Shown here in pieces: positions 29,765 through 40,236 of a DNA stretch of 64,000 nt. Each line of letters opens with the position of its first letter. Position 1 is the stretch's first letter. This DNA comes from an uncultured Chloroflexia bacterium (lineage in GTDB: Bacteria > Chloroflexota > Anaerolineae > JAAYZQ01). The notes under the pieces were generated by a model. That model was not told the DNA's origin and made no database searches. It saw only the letters and a list, made by a program, of their open reading frames with translations. The position numbers and the translations under genes were made by a program. The stretch covers positions 864,001 to 928,000 of the forward strand of contig CAVOXA010000001.1 in assembly GCA_963700285.1 (NCBI GenBank). The letters are read 5' to 3'.

Positions 29765-30861
29765 TCCGATTGGTTGTGCCTGAAATGGGCGATGACGAGT
29801 TTCAGGCAGTCCGGCATGTCCTGACCTCGGGCTACCTGGTGCAGGGTCAGAATGTGCAGCGCTTTGAAGACATGATTGCTGCATACCTGGATGTGGATCA
29901 CATCGTGGCAGTGTCATCGGGAACGGCCGCGCTGCACCTTGCATTGTTGGCCTTGGGCCTTGGTCCTGGTGATGAGGTCATTGTTCCTGATTTTACCTTT
30001 CCAGCCACTGCCAACGTGGTGGCCCAGGTCGGTGCGCGCCCGGTCCTGGCCGACATAAACCTGGATACTTTTAATGTGGACCCGACCCAGGTAGCGGCGC
30101 TCATAACCTCGCGAACGCGAGCCATCATGCCAGTACATCTCTTTGGCCTCTCGGCGGCGATGGACGAGATCAAAGTGCTTGCTGTCCAGCATGATCTGTG
30201 GCTGATCGAGGATGCAGCCTGCGCCTTGGGTGCCGACTACCATGGCCACAAGTGTGGGACCATGGGCGTGCTGGGCTGCTTCAGCCTACATCCGCGCAAA
30301 GCCATTACTACGGGTGAGGGTGGGCTCGTTGCTACCCGGGCTCTCGAACTGGCTCGCCAGTTGCGCAGCCTGCGCAATCACGGCATGGTGGTAGGACCCG
30401 AAGGGGCGCAATTCGTGGCATCCGGCCTTAACTACCGGATGACCGATTTTCAAGGAGCATTAGGCGCAGTCCAAATGGGCAGGCTGATACGCATTGTCGA
30501 GCGCCGGCGGGCGTTGGCAGCAGTCTATGACTCGGCTCTGGCAGACATGCCCTGGATTAAGCGACCGATTGAGCCACCTGGCAGCCGCCACATCTACCAG
30601 TCCTACGTGGTCCTTTTGGACGAGGGAGTGGAACGGTCTGAGATCATGACAGCCTTGCAGCGGGCGAGCATTGAGTGTACCATCGGCACGTACGCCTGCC
30701 ATGTCCAGCCATTCTTCCGCGATCGCTACGGTTATCAGCCAGGTGATCTACCCAATTCCTTTGATGCTTTCCGTAGAGCGCTTACCTTGCCTCTTCACGG
30801 GCGGATGTCAGAGCAAGATATCGGGGTCGTCGTACAGGCTCTTGGGCGAGCTGCCCCTTGA
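29761..30861 (+). CDS. DegT/DnrJ/EryC1/StrS PLP-dependent sugar aminotransferase
   Basis: SSGTAALHLA, PVHLFG, IEDAACALG, FSLHPRKAITTGEGG, GLNYRM. Confidence 0.93.
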   Translation: MIRLVVPEMGDDEFQAVRHVLTSGYLVQGQNVQRFEDMIAAYLDVDHIVAVSSGTAALHLALLALGLGPGDEVIVPDFTFPATANVVAQVGARPVLADINLDTFNVDPTQVAALITSRTRAIMPVHLFGLSAAMDEIKVLAVQHDLWLIEDAACALGADYHGHKCGTMGVLGCFSLHPRKAITTGEGGLVATRALELARQLRSLRNHGMVVGPEGAQFVASGLNYRMTDFQGALGAVQMGRLIRIVERRRALAAVYDSALADMPWIKRPIEPPGSRHIYQSYVVLLDEGVERSEIMTALQRASIECTIGTYACHVQPFFRDRYGYQPGDLPNSFDAFRRALTLPLHGRMSEQDIGVVVQALGRAAP

Positions 30862-32105
30862 GCCATAGCAAGGGCAACGGGCGTCTCTTGATCTTGGGCG
30901 CGGGTCCGACTCAGGAACCAGCCATCCGCCAGGCCCGTAAGATGGGCCTTGAGGTCATTGCTGTTGACAGCAATCCACAGGCTCCGGGGCTGTTGCTGGC
31001 AGACTATCCCCTCCCAATTAGCAGCTTGGACGTCCCGGCCATCTTGACGGCTGCTCGCCGATTGCATCCTGATGGCGTCATGACTATAGGGAGTGACCGG
31101 GCGGTCAGTTCTGCCGCTCAAGTTGCTCATGCCCTTGGGCTGCACGGACTAGATCCCAGCACCGCTGCCAGGGCGAATAGCAAGCTGCTGATGCGCCAGG
31201 CGTTTCGCGATTGGGGGGTGCCCGCCCCCGATTTTGTTGCCGCCAAAGATCTGCGCGCCGCAGAAAGTGCTGTCCGCCAGCTAGGACTGCCGGCAGTGAT
31301 CAAGCCCGTTGACAATGCGGCACAGCGAGGTGTGCGTCGAATTGAGAACGTAGACGACTTGCCTGTGGCGTTTGGCCAGGCCCAGCGTTTCTCCGGTACG
31401 GGTACGGTGCTCGTCGAGGAGTGTGTCGACGGCCCCGAGATCACGGTCAACTCCTTTTCATTGGATGGGTGTATGCTGCCTGTGCTAGTTGCCGACCGAC
31501 TGACCAATCCGCCGCCCTATTTTGGTATTGCGTTGGCTCACGTCTACCCCTCACAATGGGCGCAACCCTGGTGGGACCAAGTATTGGACGTAACCTCCAG
31601 GGGCCTGTCTGCTCTGGGTATTGACCAAGGACCGGGATATGCCCAGTTACGCATCGATCGCGATGGACCCAAGATCATGGAGATCGGCGCGCGGACAGGT
31701 GGGGGTCGCGAGACGGAGTTGATTGCGTTCCTGGGGGGGCCAGATTGGACAGCAGCCCAGATCAAGCTGGCGCTAGGTGAACCACTGGTCGCTACCGACG
31801 TGGTGTTGCCTGACTCCGCCAAGAAGCTGGCCGGGGTGGTTAAGTTCATCTTTGCCTCGCCGGGTGAGGCTGCTCGCGTGACAGGAGTAGACCGAGCTCA
31901 ACGGACCCTGGGAGTTGAACGAGTAGTCGTGCGAACAAAGCCTGGCGTACTGATTCCACCCATGACCAATGCCGAGGCTCGGCAGGGTTACCTGATCGCA
32001 CTAGGTGCCAACCGCGGTGAGGCGCTGGCTCGGGCCGAACAGGCTGCTGCGTGCATCCGCATACAGGTCCGGCTTCCTGTCAAAAGGGACCGTGATGATG
32101 TTTGA
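30858..32105 (+). CDS. ATP-grasp domain ligase
   Basis: ILGAG, KLLMR, VIKPVD...RGV, LVEECVDGPE, IMEIGARTGG. Confidence 0.88.
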   Translation: MSHSKGNGRLLILGAGPTQEPAIRQARKMGLEVIAVDSNPQAPGLLLADYPLPISSLDVPAILTAARRLHPDGVMTIGSDRAVSSAAQVAHALGLHGLDPSTAARANSKLLMRQAFRDWGVPAPDFVAAKDLRAAESAVRQLGLPAVIKPVDNAAQRGVRRIENVDDLPVAFGQAQRFSGTGTVLVEECVDGPEITVNSFSLDGCMLPVLVADRLTNPPPYFGIALAHVYPSQWAQPWWDQVLDVTSRGLSALGIDQGPGYAQLRIDRDGPKIMEIGARTGGGRETELIAFLGGPDWTAAQIKLALGEPLVATDVVLPDSAKKLAGVVKFIFASPGEAARVTGVDRAQRTLGVERVVVRTKPGVLIPPMTNAEARQGYLIALGANRGEALARAEQAAACIRIQVRLPVKRDRDDV

Positions 32106-32563
32106 GGACTTGCCACGATTTAGTTGCGATGCGCGATTCCCATTGGCGCGGAAACGCTTCCCTGTTGGAGGAAACTGAGCAGGATGCTAAACTCCGCTGC
32201 CAGTTCTTTCCATGGATCGACCCTGGTACAGGGGCGCAGGATGACTTGATGTTTCTCGAAGCCCATTGCCCACGCATCTCTGGCATCAAATGGCACCCGT
32301 TGCTTAGCTCAGTTCGTGTTGTCGATCCTGGCAATGCCCCGTTCCTCGACTGGGCCAGCCGTGAGCGGCTCCCTATTCTGGTTCACTGCGGACAGTGGCA
32401 GGAGACGGTCAGCTACAGGTTCGTTCTGGAGTTGGCGGTGCGCTATCAGCGGACTAACCTTGTGATGGCCTACGGTGGAAGGCACAATGCTGCGCTGCGG
32501 CTTCCGCCTGCCGACAAAGACCTGATTCTGGGTCAGAACCTGCTCCATCTGTTGGAGGGCTAG
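32102..32563 (+). pseudogene. amidohydrolase_2 family remnant (internally deleted)
   Basis: WIDP, GIKWHP, LPILVHCG, LAVRY...LVMAY.G joined directly to the C-terminal ILGQNLLHLL; about half the usual length. Confidence 0.6.
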
Positions 32564-32564
32564 A

Positions 32565-33524
32565 GTGCGGATCCTGCACACTCCGGTCAATATCGCCGGG
32601 CAGCCCTACGGCCTGGTGAAGGCTTTGCGTCGACAAGGTTTGGACGCGGAGCTGTTGGTATTCAAAGAGCGGCCTTTTGTGCAAGGTTTTGATCGCAGTC
32701 TGCATCTGGAACAGCATCGAACCGGTGTCGCGAAATGGTTGGTGGCGCTCCGTGCTTTTATCCAGGCTGCGCAGGATTATGATCTATTCCACTACCATAC
32801 CAGCGTGACGCTGCTCTATCCTATGCATTGGGATCTACCCATTCTCAGGGCACTGGGGAAGAAGATTGTCATCCAGTTCTGGGGCAGCGACGTGAGGGGC
32901 AAACGTCCCGAGGAGTTGACCTACTTGCGCTATGCAGATGCGGTCATCGTGGGCAGTTATCACATGTTGGACTATGTGCCCACGGGGGCACACGTCGTGT
33001 TACCTGGCCTTGACCTTGCCCAATGGCCCAGGCCTCAAGGGAGGCAGAGCCAAGCCGGGCCAGTGCGCATTGTTCATGCCCCATCCAGTCGAAAGACCAA
33101 GGGTACCGCCCAGGTGCTTGTGGCTTTGGAGGTACTGCGGGATCGAGGGCTGCCTTTTGAGCTGGAGTTGATCGAAGGCGTTCCTCACGCGCAGGCTGTC
33201 AGGATCTATTCGACCTGTGACATCGCCATTGACCAACTGGTCACTGGCTGGTACGGGATTTTTGCACTGGAAACAATGGCTATGGGAAAGACGGTACTGG
33301 GCTACATTAGTGCGCAAAACGCTGATCGGCTAGAGGGGGCACGGGGAGTGCGTCCTCCTCTGGTGAGTGTTTCTCCAGATACGCTAGCCAGCGAGCTGGA
33401 GTCGCTCATCCTCGATCCAGAGCGACGTTCTGCCTTAGGGGTTCTGAGCCGCAGGTACGTCGAGCACATGCACGACATCGATCGCTCGGCCGAACTGATG
33501 ATCCAGATTTATCAACAGGTGTAA
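32565..33524 (+). CDS. glycosyltransferase family 4 protein
   Basis: MRILH.PVNIAG, IVHAPS...KGT, CDIAIDQL, YGIFALETMAMGK. Confidence 0.85.
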   Translation: MRILHTPVNIAGQPYGLVKALRRQGLDAELLVFKERPFVQGFDRSLHLEQHRTGVAKWLVALRAFIQAAQDYDLFHYHTSVTLLYPMHWDLPILRALGKKIVIQFWGSDVRGKRPEELTYLRYADAVIVGSYHMLDYVPTGAHVVLPGLDLAQWPRPQGRQSQAGPVRIVHAPSSRKTKGTAQVLVALEVLRDRGLPFELELIEGVPHAQAVRIYSTCDIAIDQLVTGWYGIFALETMAMGKTVLGYISAQNADRLEGARGVRPPLVSVSPDTLASELESLILDPERRSALGVLSRRYVEHMHDIDRSAELMIQIYQQV

Positions 33525-33531
33525 CGTTCAT

Positions 33532-35028
33532 TTGGACGACGACGGCCTTTCCACTCGTATTGTCGCCAGGCGGACCATTTCAAGTTCGGCCTTCCAGATC
33601 GGAGCCCAGGCGATCACTGTTGTCACCGGCTTGACCAGGTCGGTGATCTTGGCCCGTCTCCTGATGCCCCAGGACTTTGGCTTGGTTGCACTCGCCATCA
33701 TCTTTTCCAACTTGGTCTGGAACACGACAGCTCTGGGCATTGACTCGCGCCTTCTGCAGAAAAGGGGGACGGATCAACTGGGGCTGAGCACGCACCTAAC
33801 CCTCCGCATAGCCCTCTCGATCCTTGCTTTTCTGATCCTGCTGGCCATCACTCCTCTCCTTCGATTGGTCTATCCTGACCAGCCTGACCTACCCAGTGCC
33901 GTGATGGCCTATGCAGCCCTGAATGTCCTAAGTGCCTTCAACCTCACCCCCTTTGTGCTGCTCAAACGAAGACTTGCCTTTCGAAGGGTGGCCCTCATCG
34001 GCGTTGTGAGCAGTCTGGCCATGCTGGTCGTAGCGCCTCTGCTGGCCCGGGCTGGTTGGGGTTTCTGGAGCCTTGTTGTCGGCGAAAGCGTCACCGGCAC
34101 GCTAGTCTCTACAGTGGGGCTGTGGCTATTCCGACGACCCATGAGGTTTTCGCTCAGGCTGGACAGGGCCATGGCCAGGGATCTGATCAGCTTTGGCAAG
34201 TTTGTGATGGTGACTCACCAGCTTAGATTTGCTCTGGACCGTTTTGACGACTTCTGGGCGGGTACAGCACTCGGCCAGGTTTCCCTGGGCTACTATTCCA
34301 AGGCCTACGAGTTTGCCACCTACCCGCGGCGGATCATATCCAGACCCCTGCAAGATGTGTTTTTTGCGGCCTATGCCCGTTTGCAGGATGACCGGTTGAA
34401 TCTCTCCAAGATCTTTTTCCGGACGAACAGCTATGTTGTCCGCATGGGCTTCTTGCTTTCTCCTGTGTTGGTTCTCGTAGCCCCGGAGTTTGTCTTCTAC
34501 CTATTAGGCGAGAAGTGGCTGCCCATGGTCTTTACCTTTCAACTGATGATCGTTTACAGCCTCTTTGATCCGTTGCTGGTGACTGCCGGCAACCTTCTCA
34601 CTGCCTGTGAGGCTCCGCAAAAGATGACTCGCGTGCGGGTTGCCCAACTTGTGTTCTTTGTCCCGGCTGTAGTCGTAGGGGCTGCCCTGTGGCAGATCGA
34701 TGGCATAGCGCTCGCGGCAGATGGCATGTTGCTGGTGGGTCTATTGGGCGTCTTTCGGATGACCCGTGCCTTCGTAGACATCTCATTGCGCAGGTTGTTT
34801 CTGGCGCCAGCTCTGGGCCTGGCGGCAGGAGGCAGTGTCTTTCTCCTCGTCTCGCACTTTTTTCAGGCCCGAGGAGATCTCCTTTGGGCCGTTGTGAAGG
34901 GGCTGGCCTATGTCATTCCCTACCTGGTCGTACTACTACTGCTGGAGTGGCGGGACTACCGGACGACGCTTCAGTCTATCGACAGTCTATTCGGGCTCTC
35001 GCGCTTTGTGCGCCGGTCAGCGAAGTGA
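33532..35028 (+). CDS. oligosaccharide flippase (Wzx/WzxC-like)
   Basis: ILARLLMPQDFGL, GWGFWSLV, LGYYSKAY, LLGEKW; 12-14 TM helices. Confidence 0.9.
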   Translation: MDDDGLSTRIVARRTISSSAFQIGAQAITVVTGLTRSVILARLLMPQDFGLVALAIIFSNLVWNTTALGIDSRLLQKRGTDQLGLSTHLTLRIALSILAFLILLAITPLLRLVYPDQPDLPSAVMAYAALNVLSAFNLTPFVLLKRRLAFRRVALIGVVSSLAMLVVAPLLARAGWGFWSLVVGESVTGTLVSTVGLWLFRRPMRFSLRLDRAMARDLISFGKFVMVTHQLRFALDRFDDFWAGTALGQVSLGYYSKAYEFATYPRRIISRPLQDVFFAAYARLQDDRLNLSKIFFRTNSYVVRMGFLLSPVLVLVAPEFVFYLLGEKWLPMVFTFQLMIVYSLFDPLLVTAGNLLTACEAPQKMTRVRVAQLVFFVPAVVVGAALWQIDGIALAADGMLLVGLLGVFRMTRAFVDISLRRLFLAPALGLAAGGSVFLLVSHFFQARGDLLWAVVKGLAYVIPYLVVLLLLEWRDYRTTLQSIDSLFGLSRFVRRSAK

Positions 35029-35104
35029 TGGGACCGTTTCCAGGCAGGTCGGCACCCGGTTCACTCGATGGCAGAGCAGCCCGGACTAGCTGTTCCTGAG
35101 GTAG

Positions 35105-36316
35105 ATGGTTATGCGATTGGATTCCGAGATGCTGAGAGCTATTGACGGCCCGGCAGCCGTGGTCATTGGCGTTTCCTGGGCCAACGGCCTGGGACTGATC
35201 CGTAGCCTGGCTCAAGCCGGCGTGCCTGTTCTGGCGCTCGATCCCAACCCCAAGGCGATTGGACTTTGCTCGCGCTATCCCGCCGCGGCCTTGGTTTGCC
35301 CCGATGCAGGTGAGCAGGAGTCCGAATTCCTGGGCTTTATGGATCAGTTGGGAGAGTGCCTGAGGCAGCCCGGGGTGCTCTTTCTCACCCGTGACCAGGA
35401 CGTGTCGACAGCTAGCCGCAACCAGGCGCGCCTGGAACGCCAGTTCCTTTTCCCCTTTGCCCGCTGGGAAGTGCTGAGCCGTATTGTAGACAAACAGGGT
35501 CAGTATGCTGTGGCCACTGAGGTAGGCGTGCCCTTGCCTGTCACCCGCTTTCCAAGGAGTGAGGAGGATGCGGTTGATTGTGCGAGGAGCGTTCCGTACC
35601 CGGCGATCTTGAAACCGGCCTACCACGTAAAATTTTCGGAGCGATTTGGTGCCAAGGGCTTTGTCGCCAACGATGCCAGCGAGGTACTGGCCCACTACCG
35701 GCGTGGCGCGGCACACGGATACCAAATGATGATCCAAGAGATCGTCCCTGGCGAGGAGCACCGGTTGTATACCTATGGCTCCTACCTCAACCGGGAGCAC
35801 GTGCCCCTGGCCGAATTCACGGGGCGCAAGCTGCGGCAGTACCCCCGTATGTTCGGGACCTGTCGCCTGGGCGAAAGTTGTGCAGCCCCGGAGGTGGCAG
35901 AGCTGGGCCGGGGCTTGCTGCGCGCCCTCGGCTTCTGGGGTGTCTCTCACGTTGAGTTCAAGCATGATCCTCGTGATGGTCTGTTCAAGCTGATGGAGGT
36001 GAACGCCCGCAACTACCAGTGGCAGCACTTGGCCACGCTGTGTGGCGCCAATTTGGCCCATGTTGCTTACCAGGATGTCTTGGGCCAGACGCAGAGACCG
36101 GTCCAGGCTACGGTCTATGGCAAGCGCTGGGTGCTGGCCACGACAGATCTGATGGTAACCCCCCGTGAAATGCTGCGCGGTCAGATCTCGCTGAGGGATT
36201 GGCTCAGCGGTTGGCGGGGGGTCTCTGTGGATGGCATCCTCTCCTGGCACGATCCGCGTCCAGGTTGGCGCTATCTACTCGGCCAAATACGCCGTCGAGT
36301 GGGGCGTCCGTCGTGA
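35105..36316 (+). CDS. ATP-grasp carboxylate-amine ligase (D-aspartate ligase-like)
   Basis: GLGLIRSL, ILKPA, IQEIVPG, GRKLRQYP, HVEFKHDPRDG.FKLMEVNAR. Confidence 0.85.
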   Translation: MVMRLDSEMLRAIDGPAAVVIGVSWANGLGLIRSLAQAGVPVLALDPNPKAIGLCSRYPAAALVCPDAGEQESEFLGFMDQLGECLRQPGVLFLTRDQDVSTASRNQARLERQFLFPFARWEVLSRIVDKQGQYAVATEVGVPLPVTRFPRSEEDAVDCARSVPYPAILKPAYHVKFSERFGAKGFVANDASEVLAHYRRGAAHGYQMMIQEIVPGEEHRLYTYGSYLNREHVPLAEFTGRKLRQYPRMFGTCRLGESCAAPEVAELGRGLLRALGFWGVSHVEFKHDPRDGLFKLMEVNARNYQWQHLATLCGANLAHVAYQDVLGQTQRPVQATVYGKRWVLATTDLMVTPREMLRGQISLRDWLSGWRGVSVDGILSWHDPRPGWRYLLGQIRRRVGRPS

Positions 36317-37989
36317 AGATCTGTGTTGCTATCCACGAGAACCGGGCGCGGGCCGAGTCAGCCTACGCTCTGGCGACGCTCCTGGATCGAGCGGGGCTGC
36401 CCTACCGGTTCGCGAATCATGGGGCCGAAGTGCAGTCCTCGTCATGCCTGTGGCTCCACTATGGCTCGACCGGGTCTGATGCGGCCAACGGCATCATCAT
36501 TCCCGCGGATCATCCGGTCCTGTGGCAAAAGACCGAGCCCAGATATGTGGCGCTGGACGGAGTTCCGATCCTGTATGCGGGCGAGGAGCCATCATCTCTG
36601 TTCCGCCGCCATCACAACCAGGTTCATCTGGCGTTTGACCTGGTTCGCGGGGCTTTCTGGCTGCTGTCGCGACAAGAGGAATTGGGTGAAGGCAATCGAG
36701 ATACGTTCGGGCGATTTGATTGCTCCGGAAGTTGGCTGGTGCGCCATGGACTGGCTGAGGTGCCGGTAGTGGACCTCTATGCGCGGCTGCTGGCCCGGGT
36801 GTTGGTAGAGGCTGCGGACAGTGCAGACCTGCCGCTGCTGCGCAAGCTGCCCTGGCCGCACGGGCAGCGCACCGCTGTTGTCCTCTCACACGATGTGGAT
36901 GATGCAGGACGATTCAGCCCGCGCCAGGGACTGGGCATGCTGCGCAAGGCCATTTCTCAGCGGTCACCGAGGGGCATGGCACGGGGTAGCTACTATACCC
37001 TGGCCGGCCTGGGGCATGCCCTCAGCCGGAAGCCTGATCCTTACTGGAACTTTGAGATGGTGATGGAGCTGGAGGCTGAAGCTGGCTTCCGCTCCACCTT
37101 CTTCTTTGTCCCCGAGATCAGCAGTGCGCGCCGTGACCCGCCCTATGAAGTAGACACACCCCGCTTGCGGGATCTGCTGAGCCGCCTGCGCGAGGGTGGG
37201 TGGGAAGTGGGCGTCCACGGCAGTTTTGACAGCTATCTGGATCCCGAGGCATTGAGAGCCCAGCGTGAAAAGCTGGAGCGGGTCTTGGGGGGTCCTGTAC
37301 GCGGCGTGCGACAGCACTATCTCCGGCTTCAGGTGCCCGATACCTATCGCGCCCAGGCCGATGCAGGGTTCGCATACGACGGCACGGCAGGCTATCGCGG
37401 TACGGTGGGCTTCCGAGCGGGGGCCGCGTTCCCTTTCCACCCCTTTGACTCGGTAACTGGCAGGCAGCTGCCTTTGCTTGAATTGCCGCTCACGGTGATG
37501 GACGGCCCCCTTTTCTGGCAGCTCAATCTCGCACCGGCTGAGGCGTCAGCTCGGTTGCTGGCACTCCTGGAGACGGTGCGATCGGTGGAGGGGCTGGCGG
37601 TGCTCCTCTGGCACCAGCGGGTGTGGCACGAAAAACGCTATCCCGGCTGGTGCCAAGTATACGGCCGGGCCGTGGACTATCTGCGCGAGGATGGCCTTGC
37701 CTGGGTGGCTACCGCGGGCCAGGTTGCTGATTGGTGGCTTGCGCGGGAAGCCGTACAGCTGGAAATGACCAGCGCCAGCGGCCGGGTGCGCCGGTGGTCT
37801 TACCGTGCGGGTGAAGCCGTGGTGGGATTGGTCTTCACTATTTACCATACGGGCGCTGGAAGGGTTACCGTCGCCGGAGCAGAAGCCGTTGTTCAGATGG
37901 TCGAGGATGAGGTCCGGCTTGAATTCCAGGCTCTGGCCGCCGGCCAGTCCTTCGAGATCGAATGGACCGCGGAGGTAGAGGCATCTTGA
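36313..37989 (+). CDS. polysaccharide deacetylase family protein
   Basis: LSHDVD, STFFF, EVGVHGS, GVRQHYLR, GFRAG..FPF, LELPLTVMD, LLWH. Confidence 0.85.
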   Translation: MKICVAIHENRARAESAYALATLLDRAGLPYRFANHGAEVQSSSCLWLHYGSTGSDAANGIIIPADHPVLWQKTEPRYVALDGVPILYAGEEPSSLFRRHHNQVHLAFDLVRGAFWLLSRQEELGEGNRDTFGRFDCSGSWLVRHGLAEVPVVDLYARLLARVLVEAADSADLPLLRKLPWPHGQRTAVVLSHDVDDAGRFSPRQGLGMLRKAISQRSPRGMARGSYYTLAGLGHALSRKPDPYWNFEMVMELEAEAGFRSTFFFVPEISSARRDPPYEVDTPRLRDLLSRLREGGWEVGVHGSFDSYLDPEALRAQREKLERVLGGPVRGVRQHYLRLQVPDTYRAQADAGFAYDGTAGYRGTVGFRAGAAFPFHPFDSVTGRQLPLLELPLTVMDGPLFWQLNLAPAEASARLLALLETVRSVEGLAVLLWHQRVWHEKRYPGWCQVYGRAVDYLREDGLAWVATAGQVADWWLAREAVQLEMTSASGRVRRWSYRAGEAVVGLVFTIYHTGAGRVTVAGAEAVVQMVEDEVRLEFQALAAGQSFEIEWTAEVEAS

Positions 37990-39128
37990 GCCGGCGCGTT
38001 GTTATGCTCGTCTCTAACGCTTGTGCTCCTGACCGCAGGGTGCTTCGTGAGGCTCGGGCCCTGGCAGAGCGCGGCCATCAGGTGCGGGTCATTGCCTGGG
38101 ACCGCCAGGGCCGCTACCCCACCCGGGAGACGTTCGACAGGGTAGAGATTGAGCGGATCGCAGTGAGATCGGCATACGGGACCGGGCTGCGCAGGCTGGC
38201 CCAGTGGCCTGCCTATGCCCGTCGCGCATTGGCCCGTCTGCACCAGGAAGACTGGCACGCCGTTCATTGCCACGACCTGGATACCTTGCCCATTGGCTAT
38301 GCCTATTGTCGTCGCCGCAGTATACCGCTCGTCTTTGATGCACACGAGAGCTACCCCGATCTGATCGCCCCTCAAGTGCCGGGCTGGGCCGTCGCGGTTG
38401 TCCGGTGGATGGAACGCTTTCTGGTTCGGCGTGTGGATGCATTGGTCACGGTTGGTGACTTGTTGGCGGACCATTACCGCCGCTGGGCCGCATGGGTGGT
38501 CGTGGTGCGAAACTGCCAGCCGTTTGCACCGGCACCATCGGAACCAGTCCCCCAGCGTTCTGAATGGGGCCTTCAGGATGCGGAATTGGTTGTGTGCTAT
38601 GTAGGGGGTTTCACCAGGGGACGTGTGATCCTGCCCCTGATCGAAGCGGTGGTGGCCGATCCTTCCGTGGGCCTGGTACTCGTGGGTGAGGGCCCGCAGG
38701 CACAGGCCCTGATGAACGCCATTGGAGATTCGAGCAGGGTCGCCTACTTGGGTCCACGGGTGCCAGCGGATCAGGTGGTGAATATCATGAAGGCCGCCGA
38801 TGTGGTATACTATGGCCTGCGATCCGATTTTCCCAACAACTGCTTCAGTTCACCCAACGCCCTCTACAGCGCTCTGGCTGCCGGGCGCCCGCTGCTGACG
38901 ACCGATGTGGGGGAAATCAGCCATATCGTGAGGGCAGAGGGCTGCGGTCTCATCCTGCCGGAGCCGACTGTGGAGGCCCTGGGCTCGGCCCTGGCAGAAC
39001 TGCGGGAACCTGAAGCGAGGGCAGCCATGGCACAAAGCGCGCTACGTGCCGGCGAAACCAAGTACAACTGGGCTGCCGCCGAGGCTGCCCTGCTAGAGCT
39101 TTACCGTGGCCTGTGGGGGAATGTATGA
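37986..39128 (+). CDS. glycosyltransferase family 4 protein
   Basis: DRRVLREA, HCHDLDTL, VFDAHE, SPN.LY..LAAGRP. Confidence 0.88.
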   Translation: MSRRVVMLVSNACAPDRRVLREARALAERGHQVRVIAWDRQGRYPTRETFDRVEIERIAVRSAYGTGLRRLAQWPAYARRALARLHQEDWHAVHCHDLDTLPIGYAYCRRRSIPLVFDAHESYPDLIAPQVPGWAVAVVRWMERFLVRRVDALVTVGDLLADHYRRWAAWVVVVRNCQPFAPAPSEPVPQRSEWGLQDAELVVCYVGGFTRGRVILPLIEAVVADPSVGLVLVGEGPQAQALMNAIGDSSRVAYLGPRVPADQVVNIMKAADVVYYGLRSDFPNNCFSSPNALYSALAAGRPLLTTDVGEISHIVRAEGCGLILPEPTVEALGSALAELREPEARAAMAQSALRAGETKYNWAAAEAALLELYRGLWGNV

Positions 39129-40198
39129 AAACCGTGACCATTGTCGGGGCCCGTCCCCAGTTTATCAAGGCGGCACCTGTCACCAGGTTGTTGCGACGGG
39201 TGGTCAAGGAAGTATTGGTCCATACTGGACAGCATTACGACCAGCAGATGTCGGCCGTCTTTTTTGACGAGCTACAGATTCCGGAGCCTGACTACAATCT
39301 GGGCGTGGGTTCTGGTTCCCACGGTTGGCAGACCGGACAGATGCTGATCCGCATCGAGGAAGTGTTGCTGGCGGAACAGCCCGACTGGGTTCTCGTCTAT
39401 GGTGATACGAACTCGACGGTCGCCGGTGCGTTGGCAGCAGTCAAGCTTCACATCCCGGTGGCCCACGTCGAAGCCGGCCTGCGAAGCTACAACCGCCGCA
39501 TGCCTGAGGAGCACAACCGGGTACTGACCGACCATGCTTCCGATCTGCTCTTCTGCCCGACGGTGACGGCTGTGAACAATCTTGCGCGCGAGGGGATCGG
39601 GCAGGGCGTGCGCCTGGTTGGCGACGTGATGTACGATGCCCTACTCTTTAATGCTGAGCTGGCTGAAAGGCACACCACCGTGCTGGATCGCCTGGAACTG
39701 GAGCCTGGAGGATATGCCCTGGCCACCCTTCATCGTCCGCACAACACGGACGATCTGGAGCGTCTGCAAAGCATTGTCGCCGCATTCTCCGAGATCTGGT
39801 TGCCCGTGGTCTTTCCAGTCCATCCTCGTACCCGCCAGCGGCTGGTTGATGCCGGTCTGGAGTCTCGCCTGGCCCAAAGCCATCACCCCAGGCTCATTGA
39901 TCCTGTTGGCTACCTGGATATGCTGGCACTGGAAAAGAATGCCAGCTTGATCCTCACGGATTCAGGGGGCGTACAGAAAGAGGCATACTTTTTTGCTGTG
40001 CCCTGCTTGACCCTGCGCGAAGAGACCGAGTGGGTGGAGACTGTGGATGCCGGCTGGAACCTATTGGTCGGCGCAGATAGGAATGCTATCATCGGGGCGG
40101 CCCGCTGGTTCAAGCCTGAGGGCATTCCACCGCTCAGTTTTGGCGATGGCCATGCCGCTGGACAGATCGTTGAGGCTCTGGTGGGGAACAAGGCTTGA
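39125..40198 (+). CDS. wecB: UDP-N-acetylglucosamine 2-epimerase (non-hydrolysing)
   Basis: VGARPQFIKAA, HTGQHYD, VYGDTNST, HVEAGLRS, MPEE.NR, TDSGGVQKEA. Confidence 0.94.
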   Translation: MKTVTIVGARPQFIKAAPVTRLLRRVVKEVLVHTGQHYDQQMSAVFFDELQIPEPDYNLGVGSGSHGWQTGQMLIRIEEVLLAEQPDWVLVYGDTNSTVAGALAAVKLHIPVAHVEAGLRSYNRRMPEEHNRVLTDHASDLLFCPTVTAVNNLAREGIGQGVRLVGDVMYDALLFNAELAERHTTVLDRLELEPGGYALATLHRPHNTDDLERLQSIVAAFSEIWLPVVFPVHPRTRQRLVDAGLESRLAQSHHPRLIDPVGYLDMLALEKNASLILTDSGGVQKEAYFFAVPCLTLREETEWVETVDAGWNLLVGADRNAIIGAARWFKPEGIPPLSFGDGHAAGQIVEALVGNKA

Positions 40199-40236
40199 GG
40201 GTGGAGCCCCTCCAGTTTTCGATGAGGTGCTAAAGC

